A DNA stretch of 64,000 nt from Raillietiella orientalis (lineage: Eukaryota). The notes beneath the pieces were generated by a model. It searched no databases. It saw only the letters and a program-made list of their open reading frames with translations, and was not told the origin of the DNA. Of this stretch, positions 15,314 through 27,505 are shown piece by piece. The DNA lies in assembly GCA_036172245.1 (NCBI GenBank), contig JAYWIR010000011.1, forward strand, positions 1,674,001 to 1,738,000, given 5' to 3'. Numbering within the stretch: the stretch's first letter is position 1; every line of letters starts with the position of its first letter. Both the position numbers and the translations under genes were made by a program.

Positions 15314-16149
15314 GTCAAAGAGCTTCGTGCGGTCCCCCTAAGGAGGAAAACGGTTCTTCAGTGCTCCCGGAGAAGCAAAAGGAAAGAAGAAAAAGCTCGG
15401 AGGATGGCTCCAAGGCGACCGACTTCGTCTTTTTTTTCCTGTCCTTTCATTTTGGGACTCCCGGCGCCCGGGGTGCTGCGGAGCGAACCCGCGATCCGCG
15501 GACGCGGGCGAGTGTATCCTGATTCGCAGCCCGCTCGGGTGCACTGATTCCTCCTGGCGAGGTCGCTCCGCCGGGAAGTGGGACGGGCAAAAGTGCTCTG
15601 GGAGGGTGTATTTATAGACGCTACCCCAGATTTTCCGAGGTTCCCGTTCTTCCGCAGGGAGTGTCGGCACTTGCGGAAGGGCTCCCAGACCTGCGGTTCC
15701 CAGCAGCGCTCCACGCCTGCTCGGGAGGATGTCGCTCCGGAGGAAGACGACGACGGCAAGCGCTCCTCTCGAAGGGGCGCTCGCACCGCCCCGTGCTGTT
15801 GCAGCTGCTGACGCTGCTGCTGGAGTCCGACGCACGCCACGCACAGCTCCTCTGTCGTTTTTTCGCGGCCTCTTTTCGGATGCGAACTGAAGTCACCCTC
15901 CAGCAGGACCCCACGCTGGATCCTTTCGTCAGTGCTGCCCCCGCTTTGGACAAAGAGGGACGCGGGCGCTTCTCGACGGTGCGCACCTGCGCGCGCGCAC
16001 AAACCTCCCTCTGAACGCACCGCTTTCGAGCGCGCGCTCACTCATCTTCGGCGGCACTTCGCCCGCTTGCGGATGCAGGCCCACTTTCCCTCCCCGCGCG
16101 CGCACGCTCACGGCGCTCGCGCGTGGCATGCGTTTTCCTCTTCGCTGCC

Positions 16150-16255
16150 GTCAGACTCTCTCCATGCAGTTCATCTCCTGTCCCCTGCATCAGGAGGCCA
16201 AAAGGGGGTCACAGAGTTCCTCTCCGATGGCGTTCGCTTCTTGTGATGGGAAGCT
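16150..16255 (+). repeat. ~105-bp diverged direct repeat, copy 1 (copy 2 at 17457-17561)
   Basis: Shared core ccctgcatcaggaggcca.aagggggtca..gagttcctctccgatggc...cttgtgatgggaagc. Confidence 0.85.
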
Positions 16256-16599
16256 GCTTGTGGGAACGTTGTGCTGCCCCCCTTCCAGCGGTGACTGGGA
16301 GCGGCCCGCCCTTTTAGAAGGAATGGTCTCTTTGATCGATGGTGGGAACCTCCAGGCCTTCTATACTCGCTGTTCACCCGACCCGAAGCTCCCAGGCAAC
16401 CAATCCGGGCGGAGATGGGGGAAAGGTGGCTGCTCGGCGAGGTTCGATGAACTCCTCTCCGTCTTCGCGACGGCCTGTACCAGAGTTTTCCACCGGTGGT
16501 TTTCGCGCAACCGCTGTGCCTTGCGTGCCACCTGAAACGCAAGTGCACCCTCCATCAGCTCATCCCTCTCCTCCTCCTCCTCCTCCTCCTCCACTCCCG

Positions 16600-17020
16600 G
16601 AGAGCCTTGCCGGGTCTCCTTCCAGGACGGCCACTCACCTCGCTGTTTGGATGAGGTCACGTGCTGAACCCACCGGCCTCGCGAGGCCAGAAACGACTCG
16701 TTCCACCTTTCCAGCCTCCTCGAAGGTCCATAGTTGCATCTGGGATCCCTCCGAGGACCGCAGAGCAGCGCTGTGTTCCTCCGCGGTCTGCTTCTTGTCC
16801 GTTTCATGCTGGCAGGTGGCGATCGGCAGTCGTGGGTCTTCCACCCTCCCGTGAGGCAGAATCGGCACAGGATATAGAAGGGGTGCTGTTTCCAGCCACA
16901 AAGTCCGGCTTCTTTGTCAGGCGAAATCTGGAAATCACCAAAGCCAAGAAGAAACATACTTTGAGCTCTTCAAAACAGCACTCAACGTCAATCGTTTCGA
17001 ATATCTCATTCAACCATTCT
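16600..17020 (-). mobile_element. Degenerate CR1-like LINE post-RT remnant
   Basis: ELKVCFFLALVISRFRLT (KYLG..D..L-like) followed by QLWTFEEAGKVERVVSGLAR (W.......+E.VQ..A.R-like). Confidence 0.3.
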
Positions 17021-17456
17021 GGTCACCGCTTCTGACTTTCGGAATGAGCAGTGGACGGTGGGCGCAGAGTGTTTGGATCTCATCCACATCTCCAGAGTCT
17101 CCGCCTAAGAAGTGGCAAGCAGCTTCTCTGCATTCACGATGCTTGCCTTGTCTTCCGTGTGTGTGTGTGTGGCTTCGGTTACTCGTGTTATCGACCGCTA
17201 GCTAGGACAACGCTTTCCGTTTTTCCTTATGTAACGTGGTGTTTAACGAGAGGGAACCATAGTAACAGGATGGACTCCAAAAGATGATCCAAAGTGAATG
17301 CAGCGAACGAAAAAAAAACTGTGCACACTCATCCTGATAGCTGAACGTTGCGAATCGGTTGAGTCAACTCTTTCGGTCTCTGTAGTTTATGGACGACGAA
17401 TATATTACGGGATACAATGTGTAACAACACATTTATCAATCTTCCTCCTCTCTGTG

Positions 17457-17561
17457 GTCAAACTCTCTCCGTACAGCTCACGTTCTCCCGTTCCCTGCAT
17501 CAGGAGGCCACAAGGGGGTCAAGGAGTTCCTCTCCGATGGCTCTCGCTTGTGATGGGAAGC
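17457..17561 (+). repeat. ~105-bp diverged direct repeat, copy 2
   Basis: Aligns by eye with 16150-16255. Confidence 0.85.
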
Positions 17562-17575
17562 ATGATTCGTCCCAC

Positions 17576-17860
17576 TTGAACTGCATCTCTGTCATGTAAC
17601 ATTATGTTTATTATAAACATAATATTACATGATAGGTTCAGTATGAATGAATTTAAGTGAATATAATCTCTTAATTGAATTAATGTTACAAGACGCTTGA
17701 TTGAATTCATGCTAAGTAGCTATTTTTAATGGAACTGAATTTTATACAATTTCAGTTCCGCACGTCCAACAATAATATGGAAGATAAAATGCTATAGAAT
17801 GATTAAAGTAATAATTTTCAGTCATAATTTTAGTTCAATCACAATTTGAGTTTCATCTAC
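17576..17860. repeat. AT-rich island with palindromes (possible small MITE)
   Basis: 20-bp-arm palindrome 17592-17632 (1 mismatch) and 9-bp-arm hairpin 17731-17759. Short TTGAACT/AGTTCAA inverted ends. Confidence 0.5.
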
Positions 17861-18399
17861 TGGAAATCCAGAACCAACTTTCCGTGCTGTTTTCTAAAAG
17901 CGGCAAGCTCGGTCCGTCGCTGTTCAAGCAGCCGCCATTTTGCGAAGTGTCCCGCGCGCATGCGCATTGGGTCATGGATTCTGCGCGTTCCGCTCGTCAC
18001 TTTTCTTCGACGAATCGCCGCCACGAGCAGTGCACACCCCTGGACCCGTTGCGTTAGTAACCCCCACCCGATCTCGTGCGTATGTTTGTTCGGCGTGCTC
18101 CTCTTTCTCGACTTTCCCGCCCTTCACATCTCGGGCTGGAGAGTGTTCCGTGCAGCCCCTGCGCGCCTCCGCCCGTCGAACGCCGCTTCCTCCCTCTTGT
18201 ACCGCGGACCCATCTTGGGGACCCACGAGAGTCAGCTAACGATTCATTTCCCTGACGAGGACGTTTCATCCCTTTGGCTAGGGGTTCTACTTATTATATC
18301 TCTCCCCCCCCCCCTCCCCCCAACTTCGAAGCTACTGTGCCATTTACCCACAATGCCTCCCCTACCCTCGAAATGCGAATTCGATCCCACGGCCAGTGC

Positions 18400-20700
18400 A
18401 CGCTTCCCATAATTTTTAATTTCTTCTCCCAGTTCTTCTCGAACAGAGTTGTTTCCTTAATTTTTGATATTGGACTGCGCCGAAATCAAGGAACGAAGGA
18501 AGCAAGGCGCGCATTCCTCTCGGATTCCCTTGCGTTCCCGTAGGAGAAGATGCTCCCTGCTCCGGGGGACGTCTCGACCGGAAACACTCGGATGGTGGCG
18601 TTGTTTCCTTTTCTTTTTCTTTTTCATAGGGAGGGGGGAGGGGGGACTAATGCGATCGGGGATTCCAGCATCGCCTCTTCCCGGGATTCGGGTTGATTCG
18701 ACATCCAGGATCCGTCTCCAAGGACCCCGGAACGTGGAGCAGGCAGCGGGGTTGTCTGAGAACCCGAGATCTCCTCGCCATCTCGGAAGTCAGCCTCCCT
18801 CCCTTCCACGTCTCTCTTCAGCGACCGTCCTTTGCGCGCCAACGCGTGGCGTCGCAGCAGCATTGACGGATGCTGCCTCCCGTGGCAACGCCGAGAAGTT
18901 CTTCACCCCCCCCCCCCTCCCCGCGGTGCGCACTGGGTCGGAGACCAGGAAGACGAGGAAGAGGAAAGGAGAAGAGGAGGAAGAAGGGAAGAGGAGGGGG
19001 AAGGTCAGCCAAGAGCGAACCCCGGCATCATGGCCGTCGGGCGCTGTGCTCGCCCTTCCTCTTACTCGTTCCCTTCCCGTCTCTTCCCTTTTTTTTTTTT
19101 AAGTAAAATAAGAGGAGGAACCTTCTGCGAGGAAGTGAGCGGAGGCAGCCTGACGCCTCCCCCCACAGGACCCGGGCGCGTGCCTCCTGGCGCCTGAACC
19201 CGGCCCACAGACCAACTGTCCCAACAGGAACAGGAACACCCTCTTCCCAGATTTCCTTGCTCCCGTCGCCTCCCTCCGCTTCCCCGAAGGAGGCGGCGCG
19301 CTAGGAGAGTCATCGCTTTCTTCCCCCGCGAGCATGCTCCTGCAAGGGCCGACCTACCGGGTCAAAGATCGACAAGGAGGAGGGGGGGGGGTATGAAAGG
19401 GGGAGCGCAGAGAGGAGGGCGGGACGGTTCCATGCTGGGGCGGGAGTACGGGAGGGCAGGGCGATGGCAGGGACGCGACACGTGCATGAGGGAGCGGATG
19501 GAACCGTGGCGTATGAGGAAAGGAGGCGGGGGAGGGAAGAGCGGAGCATCATCCTCGTGTCCCCAGGGCAATAGAGGGTGGCCTTTGAGATGGCGAGGAG
19601 ATCTCGGGTTCTCAGACAGCCCCTCGAGACAAGCAGGAGGAATCCTTTCAAGCTTCTTGAAGAGAACCGAAGAGGGAGGAGCGAAGGAGGCCTTCGTCCT
19701 CTCTCGGTGCCGGGAGCCCCCCTTCGGCGGAAAGTCTTCCTAGCTCCCTTGGGGCTCGAGATGGAGGCTGGCTCATAGGGGGGAAACGAATGTGGACACG
19801 GGGAGGAGAAGAAAAGTGGGATGTTTCTCAGACCATGTGGAGCCCGGTCGTGAGGCGGAGAGAAGGGAGTGCAAGCGGGAGCGCCCGGTCGGGGAAGGAC
19901 CACGAAAGTTCACGATGCGTTGTAAGCTGTGAGTGGCACTGGGGAAACCAGAAGGGTGGGAAGAAAAGAGGAGGAAGGAGGGAAGAAGAGGAGGTGGAGG
20001 AAGAGAGGAACAAGAGTGGGAAGAGGAGGAAGGAGGGATCCTTCCCATGCTTGGAGACTTCCTCAGCATTGCTTCTCACCTTCTTCGCTCTTTCGGAGTT
20101 CTGCTGGAGTCGAAACGCCTGTAATTGGCTAGGCAGCACAGAATGCAGGCGCCATCTCTTGCGAGGGGCAATCAACTGACCTGTGTGCCGTTTCCTCACA
20201 TCCCCCTCCTTTCCCCCATCGCCTCTCCTCCTTCCCCACTGCTCCTTGAAGACTCTCCCGGGTCGTCCTCTATTCTATCGCTCTCCACTATTCTATCTGG
20301 AATCCTGCCCGCCTGCGACGCGCCCTTGTCTGCCCGGGCCCGGCTCTGCACGAGGAGACCGAAAGAGGTGGAAAGTGGACGCGGGATCGATGGTCTGGGA
20401 GGAGCGACGCGGTTGCATTCGCACCTGCCCCCTGCGCTGCCCTTCCGCTTTTGCTCCCGACCCGACTCCATCCGGGCTGCAGGAGCTGAGTTCCGCCGAA
20501 GCGGCTGCTGCTGCCGCAGAAGCCGACTCCCGGCGCTGGAAGAGCGAAGAACGACGAGTGGAAGACGCGAACCCTGGCACCCTTGCTCCGCGCCCGCAAT
20601 TGCAGAGACGCCGTCGTGAGTCGCGCTGCGATGCGCCCCTGACGCCCACGCGAGCGGAGCGTTCGCTCCCGCCCGGATGGCTGCAGTCAGCTGTGCGAGT
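18400..20700 (-). mobile_element. Degenerate LINE remnant (ORF1/gag-like C-terminus plus start of endonuclease)
   Basis: LAISKATLYCP...SYATV (ORF1 knuckle/SYA.V-like) within Pro/Ser-rich sequence, followed by IRQCCC / ALARKGRSLKRDVEGREAD (APE N-terminus-like). Confidence 0.3.
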
Positions 20701-21202
20701 CCCGCGGTGCGTAGACTCCTAGCCGCACCCTTGGGGAGAAGGTGAGAGCCTTCTAGCAAATTTCCCGAGACGCCCCTCGAAGCACCTGCAGCTTCTCGAA
20801 TCTCGTCGTCCTGACTCTCCCGACACAGGAAAACTCCTCCCCTATCCCTCTTCCTGAAGGAGGACGATGCAGACTTCCCTTAGAAGCTCTTCGCGGGCCC
20901 ATCTCCTTCCGTTCGGCGGTCGCGCTCAGAGGCACTGCGCGCCCTCCGTTCCAAAGAAGAGGGAGGCTGTTAGGATGGACCATTCCGAGAAGTCGCCTTC
21001 GCCGTTCCTTACGGAGCAATCCATGCGTGAAGAACCGTCCTCTTTGGTTTCGATGACCTCCAGAGACCACGACTCCCTTTCCTCCCCCTTCTGAGATCGA
21101 GGAAGCCCTGGTGACCCGCCCTGCTGCAGTCGCCCCCTACCGCTGGTTCTTCCGCCTCCCTACAATCCCACGAAGCGGAGCCCAGTCGTCTACGGTGTCC
21201 AC

Positions 21203-21782
21203 CAAAATCCCGAAAGATCATAAAAAATAAATACAGGTGCTCCTTATATGTCTTTATGCGTAGATTAATACACACACATATATTATAAGCATATTTATAT
21301 GTACTTACATGTGCTGTTCCATGTAATATATGTGTGTGTGTATTAATCTACACATAAAGACATATAAGGAGCACCTGTATTTATTTATTTTATATATATA
21401 TATATAGTGTTACTGTGTCAAAATAATAAACATATCATTAAACTGTATATATTTATGTAGATTGATAAACGTATATTTATATATGTTAATGAACATATAT
21501 TTGTGTAGATTCACAGAGGTGCATTTACATTCATGGATGGATATTTATGTAGATTGAACCCGGCTCCGACGTATATTTATCTAGATTGATGGTCGTATAT
21601 TTATTTAGAATGATAGACGTATATTTAAATTGATAGATGTATATTTGTATAGATATACATAAATTTCTTATTCTACACGTTAATGTATATGTCAGTGTAC
21701 AGATTGATCGATACATATATATGTATCAACGTATAGAATAAACATATTCATTTTCTTTTTATGATCTTTCGGGATTTCGAAC
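21203..21782. mobile_element. AT-rich non-autonomous TIR element (MITE-like), copy 1
   Basis: Perfect 22-bp inverted repeats AAATCCCGAAAGATCATAAAAA (21205-21226 / 21756-21777) bound an AT island inside GC-rich DNA. It contains a ~61-bp-arm hairpin (21225-21386) and a ~22-bp minisatellite (~21445-21655). Confidence 0.75.
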
Positions 21783-21799
21783 CGACCCGTCGGCTGGAA

Positions 21800-24600
21800 C
21801 CCCCATGTGGGGCTGCTGGCCGGCTGCTTGCAGCCGCGAGGGCGGGGCGGCGGAACGCGTCGAGAAGGGTCCTCCATCCCACGCGGCTCTCTCGGGCCAG
21901 TCCCGGAGCACACCGGAAGGTTCTGCAGGGCTCGCAGGAGAGGAGGACGATTTTTTGTGGGGACGCTTGGCAGAGGACCAGGACGCGTCCCCGTGTCCGG
22001 TCTGGGGATTCCCGAACAGCGGCGTTCCCCCGACCGTTCCCGCTCTCACGCCGGGGACAACGCCCTGCCTAATGCCCAGAGGGCTGGCGGGCTCTTCGCC
22101 GAGGGGGGTTCAGGGGTGAGCGCTCTGCGGGGGTGGCTCACTTCCGCAGTTCTATCCCGAACCACGTTCTTTCGTGCCAGCGGACTGACGCGGCCATCTT
22201 GATTTCCCGTTCATCGTTGATTTTCTTCCCCGGGATCGACCGCGTAGCTCCGTGCTCGGTCATCTGGACGGTCTCCCGGCCAGAGGGTCCATCAGGTGTC
22301 TCGGCCATGTTGGACCTCGGACGACGCCCTCACCCCGTCGAGCCTGTCGTTCCTGGAATTTCTGGACCTTCCCCGTTTCCGATGCCCCAGTGGGCCGACG
22401 AGGATCGCGCGAACCGACCTACGACCCGGACCTCGTCCCCGCTTACCCTTCGAATGCTTTCTTGAACGTTGCCGCGTGCTTTCGAAGGCAGCACGATGAT
22501 GCGCAGCCCCTTAGCCTCAGGCAAGGTCAGGTCTCAGAGGCGGCTGCGCGCAGGATGCCCCTTGGCTGGCGGCCTGGACCTCCTGCCTTCCGTGCCGACA
22601 AAGTCTCAGAGGAAACTTCGAAGAGCGAGCAGGCACAGATCTCGAAAGGAGGGAAGGGGAGGAGGCGAGAAGAAGGTCAGCGGCGCTTTCTGGGTCAGGT
22701 GTTCCACGATGGCGGCAGCGAGACAAAAAAGCGGTCCCATGCGAAGAACAGCCTTGCGGGAACGTCCACCACCTCTGGGATGTCTTCGGTGCGTGGCTGC
22801 TTCTGACCCACGTGGGAAGAGCTGAGTCACAGCGCGCGTTTGCGATCTCGTGGGCAGGGAGCTCAGACGTGGGCGTTGCCACGTTATATTTGGCAGGCGG
22901 GTTGGGCAGCCAAGGTTGTGCCCTCCGGGCACGCGTGGTGAGACTCAAGATGGGCCCTGGATCTGTAGAGAAAGGTGACTCCGCCCCCGAGCTCGCGCCC
23001 GCTCCTCTGCAACAAAAGGCCTCCGTGGGTGGACGCAGCGCCTCGTAGGCGGGGAGGAAACCGCTGGTGAAGCCCTGATCTCCTCCAAGTTTCCCTCGGG
23101 GCTTCCTTTCTTGTACGACTCTTCGGCGTGCCTACCGCCGTCCCAACAAGCTGCTTCTTTTCGACTGGGTCTCGAACCCCAGAATCCTTATTGTCTCTTT
23201 CGCTTCCACCGCAGCCTCCCCCCCCTCCTACCTATCCCCCTCAGAAAGGTGGTTGCGACCCCATCCTTCAGGAGAGCTTGCCGCCGCCGTCTCTGCGATT
23301 TCTGGGACGGTCCAGCATTCAGCTGGCCACAATCGCACACCTGGATGGAGAACGCTGCGTCTCCGCGCGCGCGAGCCGTGAGGACGGTGAGCAGAGAGAG
23401 GGCGCGTGTGGCGTGCATTGGAAGATCGTCCGGAAGGTGGCGCCAACTCCTTGCCGGCCCGGTTCCCGCCGAAGCGCTTTGTTCCTCCTCCTCCCTCCCG
23501 CCGCGGTCGCGCCCGCGACGCACGGTTGCCTCTCCGGCAAGCAGCTGCAGGTGGGCTTGCAGAGGAAGATGAAGGGACCACGACCACCCTCTTTCTCGGA
23601 ACCTCTCTGCTGCTCTCCCCGAACCTTCCTCCCTGCTCTAGGGCATGTGTGCTGCTGCTGCGCGCCGTCAGGTTCCCGGAAGCGGAAGAGCTCTTCAGCT
23701 TCCGGTAACCAGTCCGTCTTGCGGGCTTTCGCGCTCTCCGTCTTGGATCCTCTTCCAGGTGCTTCCGCCTTGCGGAAGGAAGGAATTCCGAAAGGCACTT
23801 CCTTCTGGTTCTCTTCCGACGTCACTTCCGGCTGTCTTCAGACGCCTCCGCGAACGCCATCCATCCTTGGAGGAGCAGCCGAACGTCGGAGATGGGCATC
23901 CTCAGCTGGGAGGTGAACGCCTCCTACCTAGAGGTGATGCTAGAGATTACGGTGCGTCAGTCGCAGGCGCTCCCGGACTTTCTCCTCCCGGGCTGCTAGC
24001 GAACCGAGGTGCATCCGAGACTACTTCCTTGGGCCACAAACAAGCGGAAGATGCGTGTGGGAGAGTTACGGAGACGTCCTTGGCTACAGGTCATCCCCTA
24101 ACCGAGATTTCCCTCTCCCCTTTCCCCGAAGGACGCGACAGAGGCGAGCCGATGGAAGTGCAGGAGGAGGAGGAAGAGAGGGGGGAGGGGATACGAGAGA
24201 AAAATGAGGAGTAAGGGGGAAAAGAAATCTGGGATCTCATGAAACTTCATCTCGGAGTTTCAGTATGATCACGTCTAGGAGGAAGGGCGACTTCAGAGAG
24301 GGCTTCCTCCTTTGCACGCTTGCACCTGACGCTTAGCCTGAAGTCCGCCTCCAGGGTTTCCAGGTCACTCGCCCGCCCACGAATAAGATCAGCCGGAGGA
24401 CGTTTGGAGAAGATGAGGTTCCTCCCAAGGATGTTCTTTTTCCGAGTGATCGGCGGGGAAGGGTTGCGTTCCTTTAGACCTCGGAAAGCAGGGTCATCTC
24501 TTGTCCGGGGCCAGCAGAGAGCCTGGTCTGAGTTCTCCATGACATCTTCTCATGGTTTGCGTGCGGTCTTTGATTCGGTTCGGTTGCCAAGGCTTGGTTT
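21800..24600 (-). mobile_element. Degenerate LINE remnant (ORF1-like region plus endonuclease)
   Basis: VRVVGRFARSSSAHWGIGNGEG (resembles IIVGDFNAH...WG..N..G) near 22370-22440, preceded by low-complexity gag-like sequence. Confidence 0.35.
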
Positions 24601-24999
24601 GCCCTCGTAATCCACAGACGCTGATCTAAACGATTGATAGAAGTAAAGCATATCCGGAATAGTGCGTGGATGCGACAAGAGATGGCGCAACGAGTGCGAT
24701 TTTTCCTTAAGCAGTCGTCTTTACAGTGCCTTCAAAATGCGCATGAACCCTCGCTACTATAAAAACCAGACTTTTAGGTGACTCCATAAAATTATACATA
24801 CGCGTATTTTAGATACATAACAGCGTTGAGGGAAAAAATCGAGTTGTGGGTTTCTAGTCTCTTCAAAGCTGTAGTTCTTTTATTACGAAACTGAGTGCCA
24901 TCTACTTCTCACACGACCGCAAAGTGCTTATAAATTCTTCTCACATTTCCATCAAACTGAAAGAAGAATGGTTTCCAGGATCCCGCTATCTACACCGAG

Positions 25000-26000
25000 C
25001 TCTAGATTTCCATCTTTCCTACCGCACTGCGCTCACAAGCAGGTCTACTTGATCCCCAGCAATCCTCAAATACATTAGCGGACAGGCGACCAAGAGAAAT
25101 TCCAAGACCTATCGTGATCTTTATGCCAACACCAACTCCCTCTCAGGAAAAATGGAAAGGTGGCCGCGTAACTTCGAATGAACGCAGCAAGCGGCAAAAG
25201 TCCCAGCCTCTCAGTTTCCGTTTTCCGTCCCTCCCCACTCCCCCCTTATCACTGGCCATATTCGCATCTTTCTGCGTTATGCCAACTAGCCAGCACGGAG
25301 TCCATTTGTAATCATCTTTGAAACATCCCCACTTACTGATCCCCATGTGGAATCGTAAAGGGCACCTGAGTAAGCTGAAACAGATGCCCTGCAGTTTCAT
25401 TAGTCGCGAGACGAATACGATCGTCAAGGTTTCCGCGGTTTTGATGCCAAAGTCTTTATGCCGAAATCGAATGTCATAAATGAGGATGCTTTCCTTCGTC
25501 ATTGGCGTTGGCTTGGAGAAAGGGCACAGCTCTAAAAGGGCTCGTGATTGGCTTTCGAGTGTTCCCAGCTGTCTCGCTCCCGCATCACTCCTGAAGCCTC
25601 AGCTTCGACTTTCGTCCATCTGTTCCAGGTTTGATGTGGGGCTGTGGGAAGCTTGGCAAGACCTTGACCACCTGCCCAGCTGCAGGAGCATCTTGAAATC
25701 TTGGTGGATCTTCCCCGCTCCCTACTCGAAATTTCAGGGCCGCCGGAAGATGGAAAACGAAGCCGCCGCACCTTCTGTCTTGAAGACGCTGCCAGCCGCC
25801 GCTTGTGTGTGCGCCTGCACTACGAGTAAACAAGAGCACTTGGTCCAGAATCCCTGGGGCCATGTCACGGTTTGGGTTTGACGCGAATCAGGAAGCTCGT
25901 AGATCGAGCAGAGCGGATGCAAAAGGAATGAGAGCAGACCTCAACATCCATCCGGTTTTCGTTCCCTCCGTCCTGTTCCCTGCCACCAATGCAAGAAATG
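25000..26000 (-). mobile_element. Degenerate LINE RT remnant
   Basis: APGI (KAPG.D-like), LQLGRWSRS, RKPITS (RPIS-like) and RFRHK (GFR-like) in order on the minus strand. Confidence 0.3.
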
Positions 26001-27505
26001 GCTTTTCGCTTCTTCTGTTGAGCACCCTTTGACTCCTCCAAGCACGACTGAACGACTCCAGGAAATTTTCAATCGTGGGAAAGGCGTTGACGGTGCTCGT
26101 CTTGTGCGTGTTCCCTGACGATCGATATCGAAATTGCTGCGTCCGATGTCATGCAATTACCTGCCTGTGCCACCGAATCGCTCCTAGGAAGTGTTCTGGA
26201 AATGAATCCAGGAATGGTGGTGGTCGGCTTGCCAGCGATTCCTCAATCGGCATCCCGCTTTTTCCCTGCTAGCAGCGTCCTTCACGGAGTGCCACCAATT
26301 TAGGGAGCGTTCTGATCTTTCCGACGAATTTCTAACGCATTTCCCGGAGCACCATGGAGAGCGAATCGTTCCGAATTGCGTGGGAGCTCGGTCAGCACCA
26401 CGCCAGCAAAGTGAGAAACCCGGTCGCCTGGTAGTCATTCATTAGGCCGCATCCCATGCAGACTACGACCCTGGTCCGATTAGGCTTCCCACAGTTGCGA
26501 AAGGCTGGCCGTCTTCATCTGCTGCGGCTGACTGAGGAGGCAGAAATCCACAGAAAATGAGAAAGCTTCTGGGCTTTCTTTCTTTTTTGTATTCCTAAGC
26601 AGCATGTACGTTGGATACGCACTTATTAAGAGTTTTTCAGACCTCCACTTGGATAAGTGTGGCTGTTACGTTGTCGGAACCGGGTTCAAAAGCGCCCTCG
26701 GCTCACGGCCCTGGCTGCAGAGGGGTGAGCAGATTCGTGGGCCCTTTTCACGCACTGCTGCGTTTCCATCTCGTGCCATTCGTTCGTATCGGTGCTCCGT
26801 TCGCAACGCTTCGAGATCTCCACTTTAGCGGTCCAGCCGGACGCAGCCCTAGCAGTTCAGTAGTGGGCGCTTTACGTGGCGAGCAGCGCCATCTGTTGAC
26901 GACGAACGAAGGCTTCAGCAAATGAGCGCCCAAGGAGATTTCCTCGTGCCCCAGCATCCGGCAGCCTGATTCGATGCACAACTCGTGTTCTCGCGTGTGC
27001 ACCCCAGCGAGGTTGCAAGTGACCGATTCGCCTTGCTGATGCTCAGCTCGCAAGACGCAAATTCGAAAAACACGATGCCAAACGCCCAGAGTTAGAAAAT
27101 TAAGGGACCCTACGGATTGACACGGACCCCTATCCTCTTCGCGAATGAGTGGTCCTCGGAGGCTTTACAGAGATGCGCTGGAGTCCACTTCATCGGACGT
27201 TGTTCTACTTCAAGTTCGCTGCCACGCGCACTTGAAGAAAGATCGCGACGCCCGTAGAGCATCCAACAAGACCCTCAGCTCCGTGTCAACGCCGCGAGGA
27301 GTACGTCGAGGTGATGAGGAAGGGGAGGGAATGCTGAAGCACCTGGCCGGTCCGTGCAAGCTGCGCCGCAGCCTTTGCCACACCCCCTGGAACCACTGCC
27401 CCCAGGCAGCGGCAAGATTCGAGACGCAGACCTGCTCTTCCGGCTGCAGCGGTCTCAATGCCTTAGCACTCCCCGCTGAGCTATAGTAGCGTTCCTTGTT
27501 TCCGG

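Noticed and set aside
21445..21655. Regularly repeated ~22-bp units considered as a CRISPR-like array
   Set aside because: Units are contiguous and degenerate with no unique spacers, in eukaryotic DNA; a minisatellite.
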